Below, in pieces: positions 38,122-47,543 of a stretch of DNA of 64,000 bases. Under the pieces are notes generated by a model. That model saw only the letters and a list, made by a program, of their open reading frames with translations, made no database searches and was not told where the DNA came from. Source of the DNA: a bacterium (GTDB lineage: Bacteria; DRYD01); assembly GCA_039630415.1 (NCBI GenBank), contig JBCNVB010000002.1, positions 15,042 through 79,041 of the forward strand, written 5' to 3'. Both the position numbers and the translations under genes were made by a program. Each line of letters begins with the position of its first letter. Within the stretch, counting starts at the first letter, position 1.

Positions 38122-39302
38122 TTACCCAAACTCACGAATTCCAAAAAGAATATCAAGAATTTCTAGAAGAAGTATACAATAATTTGACAGAGTTACAGGT
38201 ACCACAAAAAGCTACGATAGCAGTAGGTCTAAGCGGAGGAGTTGATTCCGCCTCTACATTGGCAATACTAAGAGAACTGGGATACAACACGATAGCGGTA
38301 ACAATGAAAATCTGGAATCCCAAATACGAGCATTTAATTACTACCAATGGTAAACTACACGGTTGCTTCGGACCTGAAGAAATACAAGATATTCAAGACA
38401 TAAAACTTATTACCCAAAAACTAAAAACTCCTCTTTACGTAATAGACCTTTCGGAAGAATACGACCAAACAATACTTTCGTACTTTAAGAGGGAGTATCT
38501 ATTAGGCAGAACACCAAACCCATGTGTAATGTGCAACTGGAAAATGAAATTTGAATACCTACTAGAAGGACTTAAACAACTCAAAGTTGAATTTGATTAC
38601 TTTGCAACCGGACACTACGTAAAAAGAACTATCTTCCAAAATTACCATACACTTTCCAAAGCAAAATATATTCAAAAAGACCAAACTTACTACCTATCTT
38701 TCCTAAACCAAAACCACATAAAAAAATCAATTTTCCCCCTGGGATTAATAAAATCAAAAGATCTAACTCGTCAAATAGCTCAAAAATACGACTTACCTGT
38801 ATATAACAAACCCGATAGTCAAAACTTCATATCCACTAAATACATAGAAATTTTCAAGGGAGTAGAGATAAAAGACGGCATAATACAACACAAAAATGGG
38901 AAAATACTAGGCAAACACAAAGGTATACATCTTTACACGATAGGACAAAGAAAGGGACTAAACATATCATACCCAAACCCACTATACGTAATAAACATAG
39001 ACTCACAAACCAACACCATAACAGTTGGTGAAAAAGAGGATTTGTATCAAAGTAAACTAATAGCCAAAAACCCCAACTGGATAGTACCTTTTCAAGAACT
39101 ACCACCGAATACTCAGATTCTAGGAAAAATAAGATACACTCATCAAGAAAACCCATGTTCTGTAAAACTGAATTCTGGCAATACCCTAGAAGTAGAATTT
39201 ACCGAAAAGCAAATGGCAATAACTCCGGGCCAAATAATCGCTTTCTATGTTGACCAAACCCTAATAGGATCAGCTATTATCGAAAAAATAATACTCTCAT
39301 GA
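38118..39302 (+). CDS. mnmA: tRNA 2-thiouridine(34) synthase
   Basis: [46 protein letters not shown]. Confidence 0.95.
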   Translation: MITQTHEFQKEYQEFLEEVYNNLTELQVPQKATIAVGLSGGVDSASTLAILRELGYNTIAVTMKIWNPKYEHLITTNGKLHGCFGPEEIQDIQDIKLITQKLKTPLYVIDLSEEYDQTILSYFKREYLLGRTPNPCVMCNWKMKFEYLLEGLKQLKVEFDYFATGHYVKRTIFQNYHTLSKAKYIQKDQTYYLSFLNQNHIKKSIFPLGLIKSKDLTRQIAQKYDLPVYNKPDSQNFISTKYIEIFKGVEIKDGIIQHKNGKILGKHKGIHLYTIGQRKGLNISYPNPLYVINIDSQTNTITVGEKEDLYQSKLIAKNPNWIVPFQELPPNTQILGKIRYTHQENPCSVKLNSGNTLEVEFTEKQMAITPGQIIAFYVDQTLIGSAIIEKIILS

Positions 39303-39315
39303 AAAGGGATCAAAT

Positions 39316-40449
39316 ATGCACATGGAAACTGCTGTAATTCACCTGAAAGAAAAAGCTTACTTTGATAACCCCGAAGGAGATATAGTAAAACCTATTCATC
39401 TAACAACTACTTACTACATAAAACAGATAGAGCAGGAAAACCAAACAGATAGGCTATACCAAAGATATGACAACCAAACTAGAGAAGCGGTAGAAGAGAA
39501 GTTAGCTTACATAGAAAAAACAAAGTATTGTTTGGCTTTTGCAAGTGGAATGGCAGCTATCTCTACTGTTCTTTTTTCAACCACCAAACCCAATGACCAA
39601 ATAACCGCTTTTGATGACCTATACTCCGTAACCAAAAAGGTCTTTAACTCAATATTACCAGCTTATAACATCAAAGTAAACTATGTAGACTTAACACGAA
39701 TAGATTCAGAAACAATAAAAACCTTAGCTGTCAGCTCTAAAGTTCTTTGGTTAGAGTCACCAACTAACCCTCTAATGAAAACAATAAACGTACAAAAAAT
39801 AGTAGAAGAATTCAAATCAGCAAACCCGCAGATAATAGTGGTATTTGACAATACATTCTTAACCCCTTACTTTTATAATCCTGTAGAAGACGGGGTAGAT
39901 ATAGTTGTTCACAGTGCTACCAAATATTTAAATGGTCATAGTGATTGTCTTGCTGGAGCTGTAATGCTAAACGATCAGAGTTTGTACGAGCAAATCAAAT
40001 TCTATAGAGACACGCTCGGTAATCCACTACCACCATTCGAAAGCTACCTTCTTCTAAGAGGATTAAAAACTTTACACGTAAGAATGGAGAAACATCAACA
40101 AAACTGCCTAAAACTAATAGAATATCTCAAAACCAAAGATTTCGTGCAAAAAATTTTGTATCCTTCACTTTATGGTAATCTGAGTAAAAACGTAAGAGGA
40201 TATGGAGGAACGCTAAGCTTTTTGGTAAGCTTTTCAACGGACCAAATCCAAAAGTTTCTATCTAGTTTGAAAATAATAAACCATGCGGTAAGTCTTGGAG
40301 GAGTAGAATCTCTTATATGCGTACCTTACTACTCAACTCACAAGGATATACCCAACATTCCGCCTAACCTTATAAGGCTATCTGTGGGAATAGAAAATGT
40401 GGAAGATATAATCCAGGACCTAGAACAAGCATTTTCAAAGGTAACATAG
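39316..40449 (+). CDS. Cys/Met metabolism PLP enzyme (cystathionine gamma-synthase/lyase family)
   Basis: FASGMAAI, ESPTNP, DNTF, HSATKYLNGHSD, AVSLGGVESL, RLSVGIE. Confidence 0.93.
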   Translation: MHMETAVIHLKEKAYFDNPEGDIVKPIHLTTTYYIKQIEQENQTDRLYQRYDNQTREAVEEKLAYIEKTKYCLAFASGMAAISTVLFSTTKPNDQITAFDDLYSVTKKVFNSILPAYNIKVNYVDLTRIDSETIKTLAVSSKVLWLESPTNPLMKTINVQKIVEEFKSANPQIIVVFDNTFLTPYFYNPVEDGVDIVVHSATKYLNGHSDCLAGAVMLNDQSLYEQIKFYRDTLGNPLPPFESYLLLRGLKTLHVRMEKHQQNCLKLIEYLKTKDFVQKILYPSLYGNLSKNVRGYGGTLSFLVSFSTDQIQKFLSSLKIINHAVSLGGVESLICVPYYSTHKDIPNIPPNLIRLSVGIENVEDIIQDLEQAFSKVT

Positions 40450-40458
40450 CACAATCTT

Positions 40459-41571
40459 ATGATAATTGGGGTTTTAAAGGAGTACCAGGATAATAGAGTT
40501 TCTCTAACACCTCAGGAAGTAAAACAGCTGAGGCAAAGGGAAATAGAAGTTTGGATAGAGGAAAATGCGGGGATACAAGCGGGTTTTGATAACGAAGAAT
40601 ATTTACAATCAGGAGCGCAAATAAAGCAAAGAGATCAAATTTTACAAGCTGATATAATCCTATCCATTAACCGCTTCCCAGAATTACAAAACTTCCAGTT
40701 TAAAGAAAATCAATGGATAATGGGTTTGTATAATCCGTATGATCAGGATTTGATAAGGGTGGTAATGGAAAAGGGGTTGAACTATGTAGCACTGGAGTTG
40801 ATTCCGAGGATATCGAGGGCTCAGTCAATGGATGTTTTATCTTCAATGGCAACGGTTGCAGGCTACAAGGCTGTAGTACTAGCCGCCTCTTATACGAATA
40901 AAATGTTTCCAATGTTGACTACTGCAGGTGGAACGATAACTCCTGCGAAGGTATTAGTTATAGGAGCGGGTGTAGCAGGTTTGCAAGCCCTTGCAACCGC
41001 TAAAAGACTCGGAGCAATGGTATGGGTTTTCGACCCACGCCCCGCCACTAAAGAACAAGTCAAAAGTCTAGGAGGTAACTACATAGAATTCACCATAAAC
41101 CAACCCGTAGAAACCAAAGAAGGATACGCTAAAGAACTATCTGAAGAGATACTAGAACAAGAACGACAAATCCTGAAACCATATATCATTCAAAGTAACA
41201 TAGTAATAACAACTGCATCAGTACCCGGTAAAAAACCACCTCTTCTAATAACCACTCAAACTGTAAAAGAAATGAAGAGCGGATCGGTAATAGTTGATAT
41301 AACCGGCTACAACTGTCAGCTAACTCAACTTAACCAAATAGTTCACTTTGAAAACAAAACAATAATAGGTTACACGAATTTACCATCACTTGTCGCCCAT
41401 GATTCTTCCAAACTATACTCACGAAATATTTTCAATCTCATACTACACCTATCAAAAAACACCAATCAACTCAATCCGAATTTCGAGGATGAAATAGATA
41501 AGAATGTGATTGCGGTTTATCAAAACAAGTTGGTAAGCCCCAAAATAAAACGAGAAAATGGAGATAACTAA
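40459..41571 (+). CDS. pntA: NAD(P) transhydrogenase alpha-1 subunit (dI)
   Basis: PRISRAQSMDVLSS, GAGVAGLQA, EGYAKE, ITTASVPG. Confidence 0.95.
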   Translation: MIIGVLKEYQDNRVSLTPQEVKQLRQREIEVWIEENAGIQAGFDNEEYLQSGAQIKQRDQILQADIILSINRFPELQNFQFKENQWIMGLYNPYDQDLIRVVMEKGLNYVALELIPRISRAQSMDVLSSMATVAGYKAVVLAASYTNKMFPMLTTAGGTITPAKVLVIGAGVAGLQALATAKRLGAMVWVFDPRPATKEQVKSLGGNYIEFTINQPVETKEGYAKELSEEILEQERQILKPYIIQSNIVITTASVPGKKPPLLITTQTVKEMKSGSVIVDITGYNCQLTQLNQIVHFENKTIIGYTNLPSLVAHDSSKLYSRNIFNLILHLSKNTNQLNPNFEDEIDKNVIAVYQNKLVSPKIKRENGDN

Positions 41572-41833
41572 TAGCTACATATTCATATTGGCAATAATTC
41601 TTGGTTTTGAGTTAATAAGTAAGGTTCCGAGCTTACTTCATACTCCTCTTATGTCTGCTACCAACGCTATACACGGTATAGTAATAGTTGGTGCTATATC
41701 AGTAGCGTTAGAAAGTCATGATCCAATTTTGCAAATTCTGAGTTTTATAGCAGTATTTGTGGGAACGCTAAACGTAGTAGGTGGATATGCAGTAACACAT
41801 CGTATGCTACTAAAGTTCAAGAAGAACGAATAA
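41558..41833 (+). CDS. pntA: NAD(P) transhydrogenase alpha-2 subunit (membrane part)
   Basis: LHTPLMSATNAIHG, NVVGGYAVTHRML. Confidence 0.95.
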   Translation: MEITNSYIFILAIILGFELISKVPSLLHTPLMSATNAIHGIVIVGAISVALESHDPILQILSFIAVFVGTLNVVGGYAVTHRMLLKFKKNE

Positions 41834-41843
41834 AGCAAAAAGG

Positions 41844-43226
41844 GTGCATGATATGGAATTGACTCCCCAGACAATAAGAGAAATAGGATATCTAATAAGC
41901 GCGCTTCTTTTTATACTCGGAATAAAGCTAATAAGTAATCCCAAAACGGCTATAAGAGGAAATATAGTATCCCTTGTAGGGATGGTTATTGCCATCCTTA
42001 GCACATTCCTAAATCCAACGGCGAAATTGAGTAATCTTTGGTTTATAATGTTAGCAATAATTGCTGGTACATACGTGGGAATAGTTGCATCAAATAGGGT
42101 AAAATTTACGGAGATGCCTCAAATGGTGTCGCTTTTCAATGGTATGGGTGGACTGACAATATCTTTCATAGCGGTGATAGAGTTTTTGTCCAAAGCGGGT
42201 TATGATAAATGGTTCATAGTTAGTGCGGGATTCAGTGGAATGATAGGAGCTATATCTTTTGTAGGAAGTATGCTCGCTATGCTTAAACTATGGGGAATAC
42301 TGGATAAACCTATTAGATCTAAATTGCTTACAACTCTTAACTTAGCGTTGCTTATGACTTTGTTAGTAGTTTACGTGTTGTTGGTAATGTTTCCATCGCC
42401 CTACAGTTTGATAATTTTGTTTGTATTGGGTGGTGTTATAGGGTTTAGTGGGGTTTTACCAATAGGTGGAGCTGATATGCCGGTAGTTATATCGATTTTA
42501 AATACTTTTACGGGATTAGCTGCCTCCATAGCAGGATTTGCTATAAATAACAATGCGATGATAGTAGCAGGTACTTTGGTTGGTGCCTCAGGGACTATTC
42601 TAACTATTCTCATGGCAAAAGCTATGAATAGATCTATAGTGTCTATAGTTGTCGGAGGGTTTGGAATACCACAATCTACGCAAACCAAGAAAGCTAGCGT
42701 GCAACAAATATCCATTGAAGATGCGGCCATTTTGCTGTCATATTCTAAGAAAGTGATAATAGTACCTGGTTATGGGATGGCTGTATCTGGAGCACAAAAC
42801 GAACTACATGAGCTAGAGCAATTGCTGGAAAGTAAAGGTGTGGAGGTTAAGTATGCCATACACCCTGTAGCTGGAAGAATGCCGGGACATATGAATGTAT
42901 TGCTAGCTGAAGCAAACGTTGAGTACTCTAAACTCTATGAAATGGAGGAGATAAATCCTGAGTTTAAGAACACTGATGTGGTGTTAGTAGTTGGTGCCAA
43001 TGATATAGTTAATCCTGCGGCAAAAAATAATCCGAATAGTCCTCTATATGGTATGCCTATTTTGGAAGTGGATCAGGCTCAAAATATAATATTTATGAAA
43101 AGAAGTCTCAATCCCGGTTTTGCAGGAGTAGACAATGAATTATTTTTCAACCCCAAAACAAAGATGCTTTTTGGTGATGCTAAACAGACTCTTAAACAAC
43201 TCATATCTTCCGTAAAAAGTCTATAG
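41844..43226 (+). CDS. pntB: NAD(P) transhydrogenase beta subunit
   Basis: MPQMVSLFNG, IGGADMPVVIS, PGYGMAV, HPVAGRMPGHMNVLLAEA, GANDIVNP. The true start may be the ATG three codons downstream. Confidence 0.97.
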   Translation: MHDMELTPQTIREIGYLISALLFILGIKLISNPKTAIRGNIVSLVGMVIAILSTFLNPTAKLSNLWFIMLAIIAGTYVGIVASNRVKFTEMPQMVSLFNGMGGLTISFIAVIEFLSKAGYDKWFIVSAGFSGMIGAISFVGSMLAMLKLWGILDKPIRSKLLTTLNLALLMTLLVVYVLLVMFPSPYSLIILFVLGGVIGFSGVLPIGGADMPVVISILNTFTGLAASIAGFAINNNAMIVAGTLVGASGTILTILMAKAMNRSIVSIVVGGFGIPQSTQTKKASVQQISIEDAAILLSYSKKVIIVPGYGMAVSGAQNELHELEQLLESKGVEVKYAIHPVAGRMPGHMNVLLAEANVEYSKLYEMEEINPEFKNTDVVLVVGANDIVNPAAKNNPNSPLYGMPILEVDQAQNIIFMKRSLNPGFAGVDNELFFNPKTKMLFGDAKQTLKQLISSVKSL

Positions 43227-43270
43227 ATTTACTTACCCTCTCTGAATACCCATTGCGGAAGTGAGAATTT

Positions 43271-45151
43271 CTATCCTCTTTCAAACATTTTATCAATATC
43301 TTCGAAAGTTAGTTTTATCATGACGTTTCGTCCATGGGGACAAAAGTAAGGGTTAACATTTGTAACTGACAGTAAATCGTTAAAGAGACTAAGTATTTCT
43401 GGTTCAGATAGTTTGTCTCCCTTTTTAATAGCCGTTTTGCATGCGAAAGTAGCTAGATACTCTTTTACTGCGTCTTCACTATCGATGATGCTATCTTCGA
43501 ATTTTTCAAACAAGTACCTAACTCCTTCCGTCAAATCACCTTTAATAATTACGGGATGTGAGGTTATAACTAGAAATTTTCCTTGAAGCTCACATCTAAA
43601 CCCTATTTTATTCAGCAGTTCAATAAATGTATCGATTTTTTCTTTATCAAAACCACTTATTTCTATTTTTAGGGGTATAAGCAGGTTTTGAGAGATTAAA
43701 CCTCTACCGGAGAAATAACTCTCTAGCAACCTAGAGTAAATAACCCTTTCAGAAGCATTGTGCTGATCAACTATGTAGAAACTATTGTCATAGTGGATTA
43801 GAAAATAGCAGTTATTCCAATAGTAGAGTAGGACTGGATTTGGGGGTATTTCGGTGGTTTGTGTGGTTTTATTGAAAACCTTTTCTTGTAAAACTTTGGG
43901 TTGGCTTTCTAGAGTCTTAGCTTGATTAAGAGATGGTATATTTTTTTCAATTTTTGATTCAGTTTTTGGTTCTAGTTTTAGTTCTAGTTTTGATTCCACT
44001 TGGGTTGTGTTGGTTGTTATTGAAGGAGAGGATAGGGATTGAAGTTTTTCTTCTACTTTTTGTGCTATTAGGTTGATTGTTTTGTACCAGCTTTCTGTTT
44101 TTGTAGTTTCGGTTTTGGTTTTTTGTGAATCCTCGAAATCTATTAAAGGTTTTGAGATTAGGTTGTTATTTATGAAGTTTTTTATGGCTTTTTGAAGGAG
44201 ATTTTTGACAAGTAGTGGTTTAAGGAATCTGATTTCTGTTTTTCTAGGGTGGATATTAGAGTCTACTTCGTTTGGGGGACAATCTATGCAAATAACGCCT
44301 TCTATTTTTCCTCTTTCTCCTAAAACTTCCTTAAAACTACCAACTATTACTTTGTCTATGTCATTCATAAAAACTATTCTTTTGTTAACATACACGAAGA
44401 AGTTATTTTGTGAGTAAACTTTTTGGTCGTACTTGTATTCTGGGCACAGGGCTAGTGTGACTTTGTATTTATCTATTTCTGTGGTTTCGATTACAATTTC
44501 TTTAGACCCGAGTAATTGTTTTATTCTGGCTTGCAGGGTAGAAGGTATCAGGTTGTATTTTAGTTGATCGTCTATGTGTAAAGTGAACATTGTTTCGTTA
44601 TTTATGAGTGCGAAGTATTTGAAAGTATTTATAAGGTTGGATAATTCGTTTTTTTCGGCGGATAGGAATTTTTTTCTGACGGGGGTGTTAAAGAATAGGT
44701 TTAGGACTTTAATATCTGTACCGCTAGGATAACTAAAGTTGGTTTCTTCAATTTTTTCAATGTTACCTTCGTTAGATATGAGCATGTAAGCTTGGGGTTG
44801 ATCTAGGGGTTTTGATATGATTTGAAGTAAGGAGATTCTGGATATAGCAAATAGAGCTTCTCCTCTAAATCCGAAGGTTTGGATATTTAGTAAGTCTTTT
44901 TCGTTTTCGATTTTGCTGGTTGCGTATCTTTGGATAACTAGTGGTAGATCGTCTTTGTATATACCTGATCCGTTGTCTCTAACTTCGATAAGTTTAAGCC
45001 CATTACCGATTATTCTGACGTTGATGATAGTAGCTTTTGCATCGAGTGAATTTTCGATAAGTTCTTTTAATGCGTTAGAAGGTTTTTCAATAACTTCTCC
45101 TGCTGCTATCTTGGAAAATACTTCTTCCGGGAGTAACTTTATCTTACCCAT
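43271..45151 (-). CDS. mutL: DNA mismatch repair protein MutL
   Basis: IAAGEVIE, KELIENSLDA, DNGSG, GFRGEAL, DQHNASER endonuclease motif, ACK, CPHGR. Confidence 0.97.
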   Translation of the reverse strand: MGKIKLLPEEVFSKIAAGEVIEKPSNALKELIENSLDAKATIINVRIIGNGLKLIEVRDNGSGIYKDDLPLVIQRYATSKIENEKDLLNIQTFGFRGEALFAISRISLLQIISKPLDQPQAYMLISNEGNIEKIEETNFSYPSGTDIKVLNLFFNTPVRKKFLSAEKNELSNLINTFKYFALINNETMFTLHIDDQLKYNLIPSTLQARIKQLLGSKEIVIETTEIDKYKVTLALCPEYKYDQKVYSQNNFFVYVNKRIVFMNDIDKVIVGSFKEVLGERGKIEGVICIDCPPNEVDSNIHPRKTEIRFLKPLLVKNLLQKAIKNFINNNLISKPLIDFEDSQKTKTETTKTESWYKTINLIAQKVEEKLQSLSSPSITTNTTQVESKLELKLEPKTESKIEKNIPSLNQAKTLESQPKVLQEKVFNKTTQTTEIPPNPVLLYYWNNCYFLIHYDNSFYIVDQHNASERVIYSRLLESYFSGRGLISQNLLIPLKIEISGFDKEKIDTFIELLNKIGFRCELQGKFLVITSHPVIIKGDLTEGVRYLFEKFEDSIIDSEDAVKEYLATFACKTAIKKGDKLSEPEILSLFNDLLSVTNVNPYFCPHGRNVMIKLTFEDIDKMFERG

Positions 45152-45244
45152 TACTTTTAATTTCTACTTTTGTACTGCATGTAACCTGCAAAGAAAAATG
45201 CAGATTATACAAAAATTTTAAGGAAGGTTAGATAAAGAGAGATA

Positions 45245-45625
45245 TTGAATAAAATAAACATGCAGTTATCTAGTCCGGATGATGCAATAAATAGGCAAGA
45301 GTATATGGAAATGAAGATATATGACTTTTTCTCAGCTTTTAACAAGATGGCTGAGAAAGTCAATGCACAAGTAATTTTGACTCATTTTGTAATGACAATA
45401 TCAAAGAGCGTAAGGCAAATAAGATGTACTTACTATAATGTTGAGAAAAAGATACTTGGCAGGACGATGATAGGGTATATGGAAGTTTATTTTGGTGGGA
45501 TGCATATTAGGGTTTTCCTTTCTGAAGACTATGAATGGCTCATAAACATAGAAAACCGGATGCTCAAAAAATTCACTAATCAAGAGATCGAGTACATTTT
45601 CTACAAAACGTTTGGATACGTCTAG
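45245..45625 (+). CDS. Hypothetical protein
   Basis: 126-aa ORF filling the mutL-ligA gap; its stop overlaps the ligA stop in the palindrome CTAG. Confidence 0.6.
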   Translation: MNKINMQLSSPDDAINRQEYMEMKIYDFFSAFNKMAEKVNAQVILTHFVMTISKSVRQIRCTYYNVEKKILGRTMIGYMEVYFGGMHIRVFLSEDYEWLINIENRMLKKFTNQEIEYIFYKTFGYV

Positions 45626-47445
45626 ATGTTCTTCATTATTTTCTTCAGTTTTTGGACTGTTTGTTGATTGTAATCATCTTTGAAGAAAGACAATATGCTT
45701 TTGGCAGTTTCTTTTCCAATATTTTCGAGATTGGTTAGTTCTTCTTCTGAAGCGTTCATAAGTTGGTCTATGTTGGAAAATTTTTGTGCTAAGATTTTGG
45801 AGGCTTTCAAACCCACCATGGGTATTCCGAGTCCATATAGAACTCTTTCAAAAGGTCTTGAGGTGGTGTTTTGAATTTCTGTATAGAGTTTTGATGCTGA
45901 TTTTTTACCTAGATTGGCAATAACTGTAAGGTCAGAAATTTTCAGGTAATACATATCTGGGATGTCTTTGACTATACCTGATTTTACGAGTTTAGAGATG
46001 GTAGCATCGGATATGTCTATATCGAGGGCTTCTTTGCTAAACCAGTGCTTGATTTTTGCTATGATTTTTTCTGGGCAGTGGGTATATAGGCAAACTATAA
46101 ATGGCCCTTGCTTTGTTAATGGTTGTTTACAAGAGGGGCAGTTAGTTGGCTCTTCTATTTCTTTTTCCTGTCCAGTTCTCATTTCTTTTATTACCTTGAC
46201 TATTTCTGGTATAATTTTGCCTGCTTTTATAATCTCAACGTAGTCACCAATCCTTACGTCTTTGTTTTTAAGATAATCGAAGTTATGTAGGGAAGCATTC
46301 TTAACTACACTACCTTCAATTTTTACGGGTTCGAGAATGGCTACAGGGGTTATAACTCCTGTTCTACCAACCTCAAACGATATGTCTATAACTTTGGTAA
46401 CTGCGGTGTTAGTATGAAACTTATAAGCTATAGCCCATTTGTAGCTTTTAAGTGTATATCCCAAAGTTTGCTGGTGTTCTATCTTATCGATCTTAAAGAC
46501 CACACCATCTATGTCGTAATCGAGAGAGTTTTTGAGTTCTAATGCTTTTTGGTAGTATTGCTGTAGTTGATCTAGCTGATCGTAGGATTTAATTTGAACT
46601 TTTTGATACATTGGGCTTGTTGTGAATTTTAGGTGTTTAAGGAAGACGAATATAGATGAGAGTAGGTTAATGGGGAAAAGGGGTTCTAGATTTTTGTTGA
46701 AGAATCTGGCTTCGTAGGCGAAGAATCTTAGTTTCCGTTTAGCAGTTATTGAAGGGTCTTGCTGTCTTAAACTTCCACTTGCTGCATTACGAGTATTACT
46801 AAATTCAAATAGTCCGCTTTTTCTTCGTTCTTGATTAAGTTCTTCAAGATCTGATTTGAAAAGTACAACTTCACCCTTAACCTGAATGTATTCCACTTGA
46901 TCGAGTATATTTTCAAATCCAGCTTTTTTGATATCTTCACCGTATAAAATCAGGGGAATGTTTTTGATAGTTTTTGCATTTAAGGATACATCTTCACCAA
47001 AGTCTCCATCTCCTCTTGTAAGAGCTTTACTGAACACGAAATTATCTCCCTGTTTTTGGTAGACTACTGAGAGGTTAACACCATCAAACTTTAATTCGCA
47101 AAGTAAATCAAGTTCAGAGCAAGATAATGAGTTAAATACGCTTTTGAAGTATTTTTTTAGTTCATCGATATCATAGACAGCTTCTAAGCTTAGTACGGGT
47201 GAAAGATGTTTTTCTTTTTTGAATTCAGTGGATATAGCGTTGGTGATGCGTTGTGTTGGTGAATAGGGTTTTATTATACCTGTTCTTTTTTCTAATTGTT
47301 TAAGTTTTAGGACCAGTGCATCATACTCTTGATCAGATATTTCGGGATCCTGCAAAACATAATATCTCCAGTTATGGTAATTAATCAACTTTATTAGGTT
47401 TTCGATTTCTTGTTCAATTTGAACTGTTTTTTTATCTTTGGTCAT
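45622..47445 (-). CDS. ligA: NAD-dependent DNA ligase lacking the C-terminal BRCT domain
   Basis: YYVLQDPEISDQEYD, ELKFDG, TRGDG, RNAASGSLRQ, DGVVFK, VGRTG, C4 zinc finger, HhH repeats; ends at 607 aa. Confidence 0.96.
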   Translation of the reverse strand: MTKDKKTVQIEQEIENLIKLINYHNWRYYVLQDPEISDQEYDALVLKLKQLEKRTGIIKPYSPTQRITNAISTEFKKEKHLSPVLSLEAVYDIDELKKYFKSVFNSLSCSELDLLCELKFDGVNLSVVYQKQGDNFVFSKALTRGDGDFGEDVSLNAKTIKNIPLILYGEDIKKAGFENILDQVEYIQVKGEVVLFKSDLEELNQERRKSGLFEFSNTRNAASGSLRQQDPSITAKRKLRFFAYEARFFNKNLEPLFPINLLSSIFVFLKHLKFTTSPMYQKVQIKSYDQLDQLQQYYQKALELKNSLDYDIDGVVFKIDKIEHQQTLGYTLKSYKWAIAYKFHTNTAVTKVIDISFEVGRTGVITPVAILEPVKIEGSVVKNASLHNFDYLKNKDVRIGDYVEIIKAGKIIPEIVKVIKEMRTGQEKEIEEPTNCPSCKQPLTKQGPFIVCLYTHCPEKIIAKIKHWFSKEALDIDISDATISKLVKSGIVKDIPDMYYLKISDLTVIANLGKKSASKLYTEIQNTTSRPFERVLYGLGIPMVGLKASKILAQKFSNIDQLMNASEEELTNLENIGKETAKSILSFFKDDYNQQTVQKLKKIMKNI

Positions 47446-47543
47446 TTGTTTTCCCCTCCAAGTGTATATATTCTTCGTTGAAGGTTAAAAACCTTAGAAA
47501 AGCACGAATAGGACAGATTTGGATGTCGTAGAATTGAATCAAT

